A DNA stretch of 43,183 nt, taken from Octopus bimaculoides. Lineage: Eukaryota. Made by a program: the position numbers and the translations under genes. Under the pieces are notes generated by a model. That model made no database searches. It had not been told where the DNA came from and worked only from the letters and a program-made list of their open reading frames with translations. Positions 1-10,927 of this stretch are shown piece by piece; the stretch's first letter is position 1; every line of letters begins with the position of its first letter. The stretch lies in contig NC_068983.1 in NCBI RefSeq assembly GCF_001194135.2, forward strand, positions 137,175,739 to 137,218,921. The letters run 5' to 3'.

Positions 1-300
1 TATATATATATATATATATATTTTAAAAAACGAATAGAAAATGCTTTTCTGATAATTTTTTCCATTTTAATAATTAGCTATTCGCAAAAAAAGTGACATT
101 GATTTTCTCGTTTAAAAGCGGTTTTCAAACTAATAGTTTAGAGAAGTTTTTTTTTTTTTGCTTAAATAGGGAGTGTTTCATTACAAGAATACACATATAC
201 AAGCATCAACCCCCACGCACACATATACCCATACATAAGCATATACATAGAGACGTACACCCACATATACACGTGTATGTATGTACGTACGTATGCATGG

Positions 301-410
301 GCGACTGCTGATCCTCCGTAAACAACCTTGCCCAGACTTGTGTCATGGAGGGGAACTTTCTAGGTGCAATCCCATAGTCATTTATGACCGAAGGGGGTCT
401 TTATCTTTTA
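301..410 (+). mobile_element. Probable SINE 3' fragment
   Basis: GC-richer block (...GGGAACTTTCTAGGTGCAATCCCATAGTCATTTATGACCGAAGGGGGTCTTT) between TA/CA microsatellites; recalled as an octopus interspersed-repeat tail; single copy here, so not verifiable within the window. Confidence 0.4.
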
Positions 411-430
411 CATACATATATATATATTAA

Positions 431-663
431 ATTTGTGTCCGTGGGAAGAGCCATTTTAACGATGCGCCCTGCCCTAACTCTTCGAAACGCCAGTGTTATA
501 ATGGTGGTAGCTAATGAAGGATACGTTCTCTATGTGGCCTGTGTGTTTTTTTGTACCTTGTTTATCATTTTGTCCATGTTTTTTTGCAACGCCATGTACC
601 CAGGTATGCATCTATATATACATGTAGATGAAGGTATGTACATACATGTACATATATATGCAT
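431..663 (+). repeat. Unclassified repeat family X, diverged copy 1 (runs into gap)
   Basis: Aligns by eye to 3819-4125: GTGGGAAG..TTCGAAACGC..CTAATGAAGG..TGTACCCA(G/T)..TATGCAT..TAGATG..GGTATGTACAT. Confidence 0.7.
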
Positions 664-1513
664 NNNNNNNNNNNNNNNNNNNNNNNNNNNNNNNNNNNNN
701 NNNNNNNNNNNNNNNNNNNNNNNNNNNNNNNNNNNNNNNNNNNNNNNNNNNNNNNNNNNNNNNNNNNNNNNNNNNNNNNNNNNNNNNNNNNNNNNNNNNN
801 NNNNNNNNNNNNNNNNNNNNNNNNNNNNNNNNNNNNNNNNNNNNNNNNNNNNNNNNNNNNNNNNNNNNNNNNNNNNNNNNNNNNNNNNNNNNNNNNNNNN
901 NNNNNNNNNNNNNNNNNNNNNNNNNNNNNNNNNNNNNNNNNNNNNNNNNNNNNNNNNNNNNNNNNNNNNNNNNNNNNNNNNNNNNNNNNNNNNNNNNNNN
1001 NNNNNNNNNNNNNNNNNNNNNNNNNNNNNNNNNNNNNNNNNNNNNNNNNNNNNNNNNNNNNNNNNNNNNNNNNNNNNNNNNNNNNNNNNNNNNNNNNNNN
1101 NNNNNNNNNNNNNNNNNNNNNNNNNNNNNNNNNNNNNNNNNNNNNNNNNNNNNNNNNNNNNNNNNNNNNNNNNNNNNNNNNNNNNNNNNNNNNNNNNNNN
1201 NNNNNNNNNNNNNNNNNNNNNNNNNNNNNNNNNNNNNNNNNNNNNNNNNNNNNNNNNNNNNNNNNNNNNNNNNNNNNNNNNNNNNNNNNNNNNNNNNNNN
1301 NNNNNNNNNNNNNNNNNNNNNNNNNNNNNNNNNNNNNNNNNNNNNNNNNNNNNNNNNNNNNNNNNNNNNNNNNNNNNNNNNNNNNNNNNNNNNNNNNNNN
1401 NNNNNNNNNNNNNNNNNNNNNNNNNNNNNNNNNNNNNNNNNNNNNNNNNNNNNNNNNNNNNNNNNNNNNNNNNNNNNNNNNNNNNNNNNNNNNNNNNNNN
1501 NNNNNNNNNNNNN
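664..1513. other. Assembly gap (N run)
   Basis: Continuous N. Confidence 1.
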
Positions 1514-1720
1514 AGCACCACCTGGTGAAATCTTTTCGTCATATATGGGGCACTATAGCCCACTCTAATAAAGAGTTATTATTGTTGGATTTTTTGAAGA
1601 AATTTGAATTTTATGGGATCCGTTTCCGTTTTGACGTATTTTGATATGGTATTAAAGAGAGCTGGGCCAGTTAAGGTAAAGGAATTGTGACGTAATACTG
1701 CTGATCTCACCAATCGGTTT
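1514..1720 (-). mobile_element. CR1/L2-group LINE ORF2 C-terminus and 3' UTR remnant
   Basis: Minus-strand translation VLRHNSFTLTGPALFNTISKYVKTETDPIKFKFLQKIQ resembles the conserved LINE ORF2 end (..NSFxxxGPxLFNxLP....FK..LD.FL). Confidence 0.55.
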
Positions 1721-1903
1721 CGCGCCAGTGATTGTTAGGTAACAATTCGATTATGTAACCCTGCATTCGTCAGAGGTAGCCGATGTGGAATGAAATATGG
1801 CGACTGCTCTCTATTGTTGGTGAATAGACACATCTGGTTTGCGGTTGTTGTTGGTTCAAATAGGATTAAATAGTACTCAAAATATGGGTATCTGTATATT
1901 TTT

Positions 1904-2042
1904 TATTAATATTTAGCAGAAGCAACAGTGAGTTTCGTGCGTCATCAAACAAGTCACAGGTCGAAGGCGGGACTAGTTTGATAAGTGCCAACGCACGAAA
2001 CTCTCAAACCTTGAATCACTCTGTTACTTCTGTTAAATATTA

Positions 2043-2045
<3 letters not shown>
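1904..2045. mobile_element. ~140-bp imperfect foldback (palindromic) element
   Basis: Left arm TATTAATATTTAGCAGAAGCAACAG..GAGTTTCGTGCGT..ATCAAAC.AGTC is the reverse complement of right arm GACTAGTTTGAT..ACGCACGAAACTC..CTGTTACTTCTGTTAAATATTAATA; the left arm has two deletions. Confidence 0.85.
1975..2020 (+). ncRNA. Candidate type-I hammerhead ribozyme motif (U3-A8 variant, one stem III mismatch)
   Basis: AGT|UUGAUAA|GUGC-CAAC-GCAC|GAAA|CUC-loop-GAAU|C|ACU maps onto the hammerhead core, stem II (4 bp), stem III and a 3-bp stem I. Confidence 0.45.

Positions 2046-2073
<28 letters not shown>
2045..2073. repeat. (AC)n microsatellite
   Basis: Direct. Confidence 0.95.
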
Positions 2074-2077
<4 letters not shown>

Positions 2078-2093
2078 TATATTATTATCATTA

Positions 2094-2644
2094 TTGAGTG
2101 AGAGTGCAATGCATGCCATCAAAGTGACACTGGGGTACAAATATACGAAACCCAATATACCTATGGTGACTATCCGTCTGACAAAGGTATACTAACTAAG
2201 TACACGCATCACAACCATATGAGCGCGACATGGTGATCTCATATCAAGATAAACAGCGCATGACCTCGCAGGTGGGGCCCAGTTAGAATTTTCTTCAGGT
2301 CGAGTACCTCATCCCCCTCAAAAGGTGCCTGAATAAGGGCTGTTTAAAGATGTTGAACAAAACACCCATGTTTCCAGAGATGAATAATTCAAACCATAAA
2401 GAATTCCTCTCAACACATGACTATGATGCTCTCCCACTACTTCTGCTCGTGATCAGAGATACATATATCATCATCCACCAAGGCTTAAGGTCAAGTAATT
2501 GACAAGCAAATCTGTGAATTTGGGCAGAATATTAGCTGTAGCCCATCTTTTATACCAAGATAAAACATGTATACGATAATACTTCCAATCAGTTAAGATC
2601 GGGAGCTATGAGAGCCACTGCCTGGTACTGCATCAGGGCATTTA
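2094..2644 (+). mobile_element. ~550-bp unclassified interspersed repeat, copy 1 (strand arbitrary)
   Basis: Full-length reverse-complement match to 35170-35729; flanked on both sides by ATT repeats; no ORF, no TIR. Confidence 0.9.
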
Positions 2645-2692
2645 TTATTATTATCATTATTATTATTATTACTATTCATTATTACTATTATT
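2642..2692. repeat. Degenerate (ATT)n
   Basis: Direct. Confidence 0.9.
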
Positions 2693-2904
2693 AAAGCAGA
2701 ATTGTTAGCATCCAAGCAGAAAGCTTAGCGGCATTTCGTCCGTCTTTACGTTCTGAGTTCAAATTTCGCCGAGGTCGACTTTGCCCTTCATCCTTTCGGG
2801 GTCGATAAATTGAGTACAAGTGAAACACTGGGGTCGATTAAATCGACTAGTCCCCTCCCCCAAACTTTCAGGCCTTGTGCCTATTGTAGAAAGGATTATT
2901 ATTA
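2693..2904 (+). mobile_element. SINE family A (tRNA-like head, ATT tail)
   Basis: Shared core GCGGCATTTCGTCCGTCTTTACGTTCTGAGTTCAAAT..GAGGTCGACTTTGCC.TTCATCCTTTCGGGGTCGATAAA, found in many copies in this window; B-box-like GAGTTCAAAT. Confidence 0.9.
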
Positions 2905-3790
2905 TTTTATGTTTGACTTTTGCTTTGTATTTGTACAAGTTGGCTCCAAGTCTCATCCAGAGACCTCAAGAGGCAACAAATTAGAAGTTCAAGCTGGTGT
3001 TATGCCTAGGGTGTCATATATTTGGTTTTGTACATAATATTGTTCTAGAGAATGTTGAAGAAAACATAAGAAAATTAGAAGTTTGTTTCAAAAATTTGAG
3101 ATTACATAGACAGTATTTTACGTAGGATATGGGCAGTTCCCATGAGCACTATCTTGAATTTCTGCCATTTTGGGGTTTCCTGGTATCTGAGCTAGGTAGC
3201 AATCAGCCGCTTTTGCTATCGTTACTGGGGCACCTATGACAACAGATATTGTTTTAGTCTTGAGGTTCCACATTTTTGCCAATTTCTATTTCAAGATCTT
3301 TATACTTGCTCAGTTTTTGGTAGGTCTTCACAGATACGTTTATATCGATTGGGAAAGTTATATCAATGAGGAAGCATGATTTTTGTCTGAAGTCTTTCAA
3401 TATAATGTCTGACCGATTTGCACCTATCTTTCTGTCAGTTTAAATGGTGAAGTTCCAGAGGAGTGAGATGTGATCATTTTCAAGCACTGGAGGTGGTTTG
3501 TGTTCCCAGCAGGTCCAGGTTTTTGAAAATTACCCAGTGAATGTGCAGCTCTATCATGCCTGTTGAGATACTCTGGAGGCGCAAGAAGACTGCACATGGA
3601 GACAACATGATCAGTGGTTTCATTTTGTTGTTGACATACACGACATGTTGGGAAGCTGTCGTTCTTTAATATGTTGGCCAGGTAGTTTCTTGTAGGTAGG
3701 CATTGATCTTGGGTTGCTATAATAAACCCTTCTGTTTCTTGACATGCACCAGTTATGTAACCTCCACAGACATTTTAGCAGTGTTTTTAT
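2905..3790 (-). mobile_element. Dong/R4-clade non-LTR retrotransposon 3' fragment (CCHC + REL endonuclease), decayed
   Basis: Minus strand ETEGFIIATQDQCLPTRNY..CRVCQQQNETTDHVVSMC..RHDR..LLWNFTI..NRSDIIL..LIDITFP..KLSKYKDLEIEI; its TAA tail merges with the SINE A ATT tail. Confidence 0.9.
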
Positions 3791-3818
3791 ATCTATCTAT
3801 CTATCTATATATATATAT

Positions 3819-4125
3819 TATTTAATTTGATTTGCGGGAAGGACTGTTCCAACGAAGTCGCGTATTGTCCTTGCCTTCGAAACGCGGAGTAGATGGAACA
3901 GGGACAACTGACGAAGGGATATACTCTTTATATTGCATGTCTCGTTTCTCTGTTGTTTGTGTCGCTGTTCGAAAGAAGTTCGTTTTCTGATTCCGTTTTT
4001 ATGTTTTCGTTTCTCATTGTGTTTAACGTTTTTTTTTTATGTCCTGTACCCATATATGCATGTATGTATACATATAGATGTCGGTATGTACATATATGTA
4101 TGGATATATGCATATATCTATATAT
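3819..4125 (+). repeat. Unclassified repeat family X, copy 2
   Basis: About 90% identical by eye to 4548-4716; diverged match to 431-663. Confidence 0.85.
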
Positions 4126-4189
4126 CATTTATATTATTATATAAGAGAACGCCCCGCATCCTTTTCCAAGTAAGTTTTATCTTAACAAT

Positions 4190-4716
4190 TACAATGCGCA
4201 CTCTTCTACTATCTCTCTCCCTCTCTTGTTCTTCATCCTTTCTGTTTTTCTCTCCCACCCTTTCCTTATTCTTCTCTCCCTTTCACTGTTACCTCTCTCT
4301 CTCTCTCTCATTCTTCCTCTTCCTCCTTGACTCTCTCGTCGCTAACACGTGACGAAAGGGGTTCTTTCTTTCTGCCCACTGGTCTTCCTAAGGAACAGAC
4401 GTGTTCTTTCTGTCTCTTCTACTTAGCGTTCATAATAAAATTTCTATCGTCTTCGCTCAACAGCCCTCACCGTTTGTTTTTACTGTCTTGTTCTCACTGT
4501 CCTGTTCTTGTTAACACTTTCACCCTCCGCAAAAAATTCCAAATTTTATTTAATTTGCTTTGCGGGAAGGACTGTTCCAACAAAGTCGCGTATTGCCCTT
4601 GCCTTCGAAACGCGGAGTAGATGGAACAGGGACAACTGATGAAGGGATATACTCTTCATGTTGCATGTCTCGTTTCTCTGTTTGTTTTTTTCGTTGTTCG
4701 AAAAAAGTTCGTTTTC
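4190..4716 (+). repeat. Unclassified repeat family X, copy 3, with CT-rich upstream extension (runs into gap)
   Basis: 4548-4716 duplicates 3819-3988; that 4190-4547 belongs to the element is inference. Confidence 0.65.
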
Positions 4717-5045
4717 NNNNNNNNNNNNNNNNNNNNNNNNNNNNNNNNNNNNNNNNNNNNNNNNNNNNNNNNNNNNNNNNNNNNNNNNNNNNNNNNNNNN
4801 NNNNNNNNNNNNNNNNNNNNNNNNNNNNNNNNNNNNNNNNNNNNNNNNNNNNNNNNNNNNNNNNNNNNNNNNNNNNNNNNNNNNNNNNNNNNNNNNNNNN
4901 NNNNNNNNNNNNNNNNNNNNNNNNNNNNNNNNNNNNNNNNNNNNNNNNNNNNNNNNNNNNNNNNNNNNNNNNNNNNNNNNNNNNNNNNNNNNNNNNNNNN
5001 NNNNNNNNNNNNNNNNNNNNNNNNNNNNNNNNNNNNNNNNNNNNN
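4717..5045. other. Assembly gap (N run)
   Basis: Continuous N, followed by (TA)n 5046-5070. Confidence 1.
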
Positions 5046-5070
5046 TATATATATATATATATATATATAT

Positions 5071-5743
5071 GAAGTGTGAAATTCCATTGTTTTGGTTCAG
5101 AGATGGTGCTGTGCATGGATAGGTAAGCATGCAACACTACGTCCGGAGGAAATAAAAAATTGTTATGCAAAGCTGATGACCACGGGCTCTGTGAACGATG
5201 CAAGAAGTGGCCATCCAGCCACATTCTGATCGGTGGGGAACGTGGCAACAGTGCAGCAAATGTTTCATCGCAAAAATCAACACATCAAGTAGCTCGTGAA
5301 AGTTGACTAACAAGACACACAATACATACGGTGTTGCATAAAGAACTGAATCTTCGTCCGTGGAAAGCCAATTATGTGCAGGAGCTAAAACTTGAAGACT
5401 GTGACCACAGAAGTCCAGAACTCACTCCACGTTATTATTACCTGTGGGGTTACACAAAAGAGAGGTATACAAGACAAAACCTCACACACTGGAGGACTTG
5501 GAGACACAGATTCAGGAGGTTCTCAATGATATTCCAGACAACGTCCTTCAGAAGATTGTTCATTCCATCCCTGGCTGTTTGAGGAAATTGGTTGACGCTA
5601 CCGGTGCTTACGTTGAAATATGAAGATTTACTTTAATCTTCCCATGCAATAAAGAACATGTATCATTTGTTTCAATAAGTTTGTAAAAGGTATATGAATT
5701 TTATTACCCATTTTTAATACCTACTTACTTTTCACCTACCCTG
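5071..5743 (+). mobile_element. Tc1/mariner transposon, internally deleted, right TIR intact
   Basis: Transposase remnants KLMTTGSVNDARSGHP..HKELNLRPWK and SPELTP..YLWGYTKE.VYKTKPHTLEDLETQI..GAYVEI*; ends ACTTTTCACCTACCCTG followed by TA (5744-5745). Confidence 0.9.
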
Positions 5744-5769
5744 TATACACATATTCCTTTTACAGGAAA

Positions 5770-6260
5770 ACGGACGAAAATTCAATTCTTTATGCAACAC
5801 CATACGTATTTTGTGTCTTGTTAGTCAACTTTCATGAGCTGCTGGACGTGTTGATTTTTGCGGGCTGCGATGAAACATTTGCTGCACTGTTGCCACATTC
5901 TCCACTGATCGGGATGTGGCTGGATGGCCACTTCTTGCATCGTTCACAGAGCCCGTGGTCATCAGCTTTACATAACAACTTTTTATTGTCTTCGAACGTA
6001 GTGTTGCATGCTTACCTATCCATGCACAGCACCATCTCTGAACCAAAACAATGGCATTTCACACTTCATAGAGTGCTGCTATCTTAGCTCGCTCCTGAAC
6101 AGTCAAGCGACCAGCTATCTAGTAAATAAGAAATAAGACAAGAAAATAAGAAATTCCCATTAGTGTTGTCTGTTTAAAAAATGTTTTCGTCATGACTTCA
6201 GTGATCCTTAAAATTCTCTATAGGCAATTTCTGATGTCTAGTTACTTCACACCCACCCTG
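5770..6260 (-). mobile_element. Tc1/mariner transposon, left half only, left TIR intact
   Basis: Minus strand starts TA|CAGGGTGGGTGTGAAGTAAC; encodes VQRWCCAWIGKH..KLMTTGSVNDARSGHPATSRSVENVATVQQMFHRSPQKSTR (HTH region); inverted match to 5071-5370. Confidence 0.9.
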
Positions 6261-7397
6261 TATACGTGTGTTTTATTAGTTTTATTGTAAACTATTTTTG
6301 CTAATTTCCTCTCGTTTTTCTTTCTCTTCCTGAACTCACACCTTCCCTCACAAACTCACACACACACACATACACAAAACATAATAAAATAGAAGATTCA
6401 GTTAAATAACATCATAAATTACATGATATTTACATGTGTTTCACCAGCATATACTTGTATGTCGTGTGGTAATCATTACAAAGAAGATTGCATAATCATC
6501 TTAGAACACCAGATCCTCAGAAGAAAATAGTAATCTAATCCATTCTTTATTACCAACACATAAGTACACACTTTTGAAACCTGATTGCAGGATTTTTCCA
6601 TTGCGTGTGGATTGGAAATTTTCTGTAGTCTGCTAAAAACACATGGATAGAACAGAGTTGTAAAAGCTATAATTGAAACCATCTCAGTCAAGGAAGTACG
6701 TTTCCAAAATCTCTTGTAACTTTCACCCTTGTCAATACAGTGAACCATTTATTGGCCTGTTGGATCAGTTTTTAAGCTTATACATCCAATGAGGTTACTG
6801 TTCACAGTGGTTTGAAATAAAAAATATGTAAATCAATATTAATTAAAGCTAAAGATCAATGGAATTAGCAAAAATTATAAACTTCTCAAGCAGATGCATT
6901 ACAGCATTTAATCTCATCCCTCAATTTTCTTAGTTCGAATCTTGCTAGAGCTAATTTTCTTTTATGCTCCCTCTAGAGCTATTAAAATAAATACCATTAA
7001 TATACTGAAATCTGTGTAACTGACTACACTCTTCCTTTTGCTTGAGAAATCAATATTAAATAAGGGTCTAAAATATTTCTAAAAAAACTGGATGTTGTCG
7101 AATTAGGATTGAAGATTTGAAAGATGTTTATTTTTTTTTTTATGCTACTATTGTTTGAAGAGCAGTACTTTCTTTATATTCATTATAAATTAGATATTAT
7201 CTCATGTCAAAAGCCAGACATTCAATGGTAAAACTACTTACAGCCATTAATAGCAAGCTGCCTCAACACTCATCTCATTTTCACTCAATTATCTGAAGCT
7301 GTGAGTGTATGTATGTGTGTCTTAATATATGTGTATAGAAAGAGAGAAAGAGAAGAGTGAGAGATAGATAGACAAACAGAAGATAGATAGACATACA

Positions 7398-7398
<1 letters not shown>

Positions 7399-7492
<94 letters not shown>
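7399..7492. repeat. (AC)n microsatellite
   Basis: Long, nearly perfect run. Confidence 0.98.
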
Positions 7493-7494
<2 letters not shown>

Positions 7495-8600
7495 GTACGC
7501 ATCTTAAAGTGCATCAGATTATAATAATACCAGCTAACAGCAAAGTGTAGGTGTATATAGATATATGCAATATACAGGGTAGGAAAGACAGGAGTGTGTG
7601 TGTGTAAAATAGAGTTAAGTGCTACTATACCATTGAATAGAAGCTAGCACACTTGGAATATGAAAACATCTGACAAATATTCACAACATTAACAACAATA
7701 TCAGAAACAAAAGTAGCAACAACAAAGATAAGATTGTTTTTGTTAATCCAATGTTCTTTTGCTAGAAGAAAGGTAAAGAGTCAGTTGAATACAGAAATAA
7801 TATTTATAGAGTGCTAGAACTGCTTAAATTCAGAAATGCTGCTTAATAGGTTTGGAACATATTCTCAAAGAATGGTGACTGATGTGTTGATTCAGTGACA
7901 ATGCAGTAGAAACTTCTGAATAACAGGTGGTGCAAGGTGGTAGATTTAGATATCTCAATTAAACTGGACAGCTGGGAACTATCAGGAAAGGCATATCCCA
8001 ATATTTTGTAGCTTTGATGGGGAAAGTCATGCTATTGTATCAACAATTTGAAAATGACATTATGTCCAGAGCAAATATTGCTAAGACCTTAATATAGAGG
8101 CAATTAGATATAGACTGCTAATTAGGCAATTTGTTTGCCATATATGAATAAAATTCTAATTTTTTTTTTTTTACTTTTGGGAATATGCACAGCAAATGTT
8201 CTGAAACACTAGAAGTTCACTGGAAAACATTATAGAAAATACTTTGATTGCTTGAATTCTGGTTGCTTCATTTCTTTTCTCTCTCCCTCCCCACTCTCTC
8301 TTTCTCTAAACATGTAGGTGAGTTTCATAGATAAGTTTCATAAGCTCAATTATTGTGAGGAGTGAAGAATCTAATATTTTGAGTTCTTACTCTTCATCTA
8401 AGAGTAGGAGGATAGAAAAAGTGTTCTTGCTTTGGTAGTGAAGGAGTGAGAGGTGAAAACCAAATGTTTTTATTTTCACACATATTCCCATATATTTATA
8501 AAAATCAAATTTTGAACGACACCATATCACTGTTGAGACAGTGAAGCGTTGTATTGAATAAAGTGGCAACAGGAAAGAAGCAGTATTTTAAATATATAAT

Positions 8601-8693
8601 TTATCTTTGATCTGCTGGCTCCAATATGTTAATGAGAGATCCTCTTTGAGAGTGCTTGTTCACAAGATCTGCTTGGTCAGAGTGAACTTGGGG
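8601..8693 (-). CDS. Candidate terminal coding exon of an unidentified gene
   Basis: Acceptor ..ATTTTGTTTAG| then phase-0 PQVHSDQADLVNKHSQRGSLINILEPADQR*; GC-richer than flanks; followed on this strand by ~2.3 kb lacking recognisable TEs, with AATAAA sites. No homology recognised. Confidence 0.3.
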   Translation of the reverse strand, partial: PQVHSDQADLVNKHSQRGSLINILEPADQR

Positions 8694-9890
8694 CTAAACA
8701 AAATCTGATTCCAACAAACAGAAAAACTTCACCTATCCTGTTTGAACTTAATCAAAGACACCAAATAAATATTTCAGAATGTAACTAGGAAAAGAATTTA
8801 CAAATGCTTGTTATTTTTGGATATAACAACTGCAGCCAAACTTATTGACTTAGTATTTGAATTGAGTCTGTGAAGTTAAAAGGGTATTTGTTTTTTCTAG
8901 TTTCTGTGCTCATGCTAGAGCTCCACTATCAACACTTAGATAGTTCACAATATAAACAAAACACAAAATTTGACTAGATAGTATTAACTAAATACAATAT
9001 TTTACAAGATTTTGTGAGAATACTATGGCCATATGATGAGTCATGTAGTTATTTACGTATATATTGTAGAAAACTATTGCTTGCATTTAATTCAGTGAGC
9101 TTCAGGAGATGGGCATCTATTTGTATTTAAATGATATAATAATAAAATGTATAATTTCAATAGTATATACAATTAAGTCATCCAAAATGTCACTCTGAAA
9201 TTAGAATGAGAAAATAGAAAATTCTTTTGATTACATGCACCGCTGACTATCCACCATAAAACTGTTTTACACCCATTTTTTTTTTCTTCCATGTTAGTAG
9301 GAGTGGGTGGTCTTTGCTTTTTTGACAAAAGATTTTACTGCTAGATGTACTTTTTACCACTAATCACTCAATCAAACAAAGGAGGGAACTATTGTTTGTC
9401 ATTAAGGCAAACTGGAACAAGCAATATGCCCTGCTCAGGAATACAACATAATCATTTTTAACTAGACCTTGTGATCAGAAACTCAATCACTCTAACTCAC
9501 ACATACTAACTAGAAAGAAATATGACATAACACAGAAAAAAAAAGAAAAACCTTCAGTATATCACAAAAAAAATATTTCCTAGAATTATTTCGCAGTCAT
9601 CCTCCAAGATTCCTGGGATATATAATTAGAACATTATGTGCATATCCATAAAAACCAACAACTGACTATTAATTACTTTATTGTAAATAAATGAGTAATT
9701 TGTAACTTATTACATTCACCAGATTAATTATCCTTCACATTTTTTATTACCACCACCACAACCATCATCATGATCATCAACATTTTGCATTCATGTTCCA
9801 TGCTGGCATAATATACTGTAATTTGAATCTCTACAATGACAGCTTAGTAGTTAAGTGATTAGTTGGGCATCAAACTGTAAAATCCACTTA

Positions 9891-10188
9891 TTTTTTTTCA
9901 CCCTTTTAAAGCCTAGCCAGGTTCATGGGCCCGGTTTCCCAGTTTCTATGGCATATGTGTTCCCCCTACCAGCTGGATGGGATGCCAGTCCATCGCAGCT
10001 TTACTCAAGAAACAGGAAGAAAGAGTGAGAGAAAGTTGGGGGCGAAAGAGTACAACAGGGGTCGCTCCCCCACCTGCCGGAGCCTCATGGAGCTTTAGGT
10101 GTTCTCGCTCAATAAACACACACAATCAAAACCACGATCCTCCGACCGCGAGTCTGCTGCCCTAACCACTGGGCCATTGCGCCTCCAC
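9891..10188 (-). mobile_element. tRNA-derived SINE with 12-bp TSD
   Basis: Head GTGGAGGCGCAATGGCCCAGTGGTTAGGGCAGC (A box 10166-10176), deletion after the B-box region; perfect TSD AAAATCCACTTA at 9879-9890 and 10189-10200. Confidence 0.9.
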
Positions 10189-10801
10189 AAAATCCACTTA
10201 CTTCAACAATATACATTAAGATGGGAAAATAAACCTGTAAGTTACAGCTTGTTGCTCAACCATCTGCAGGTATGCTCAATCAGATCTAACCTAAGCTGTA
10301 CAAGAAAATATCCAATAGGCTGTGGAATCTACTCTGATGCTGTAGTAAATATCATGAGCTTTAATGAGAAAAAATTAATGGAAGCAATCCATAGAAAGAA
10401 ATAAAAAGAACTTGATAAAAGTGCACTAAATGAAACTAAATATAAATTGTTAGTTTTGTTATAAACAATGTTATATACAGTAAATTTCAAGGCAGAAATA
10501 TGACCTGTTCCAATTTACTCGGAAATAAATATTGTCTTCAGAAAAAATATGTGCTTTTGCATAGTTTCCCCTCAGATTTACAGCTATTTTTAGTTTATAT
10601 TAATCACTTCCATACTTTATTATTTGAATCAGAGTAATTAACCATAATGATTTATTTCCTAAATATTTAAATCTGATTTTTGTCATTTTGCTGATGATAA
10701 TAATATTTTGTATGGATACTAATTTACAAACAATAAAAAATGCATCTCTATATTTAAGAAATGAGGAATCATGTACATTATTTACATTATTCACATTTGA
10801 C

Positions 10802-10927
10802 GGGCATATGGCATAGTGGTTAAGAGCGCGGGCTACTAACCCCAAGATTCCAAGTTCGATTCCAGGCAGTGACCTGAATAATAATAATAATAATAACATA
10901 GAAAAAAATACCTTAGGAATGAGAACC
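10802..10927 (+). mobile_element. tRNA-derived SINE 5' part, truncated
   Basis: A box TGGCATAGTGG, B box AGTTCGATTCC, no tRNA acceptor stem; followed by (AAT)n and body; cut off by a Tx1 fragment. Confidence 0.75.

Noticed and set aside
384-1644. Long ORFs of 332-394 aa
   Set aside because: Artefacts of translating through the 850-N gap.
1700-1776. Minus-strand CTGACGA...GAAA-CC-GATT-GGT hammerhead-like string
   Set aside because: Position 17 is G (non-cleavable), and stems I and II pair poorly.
3874-3918. GAAAC...CTGA(C/T)GA in family X as a permuted (type II) hammerhead (also near 4600-4650)
   Set aside because: Stem III is only 2 bp, no stem I hairpin can be drawn, and stem II needs a bulge plus two G-U pairs.
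4546-5248. Six overlapping ORFs
   Set aside because: They span the second N gap and (TA)n.
6476-6748. 90-aa minus-strand ORF
   Set aside because: No recognisable motif or convincing splice context; compatible with chance.
7281-7514. CV/VC, SL/ER and poly-V/D/G/H ORFs (also 24346-24714 and 39794-40109)
   Set aside because: Translations of microsatellites.
10802-10875. tRNA gene
   Set aside because: A/B boxes are present, but there is no acceptor stem or T-run terminator, and it continues into a SINE body.
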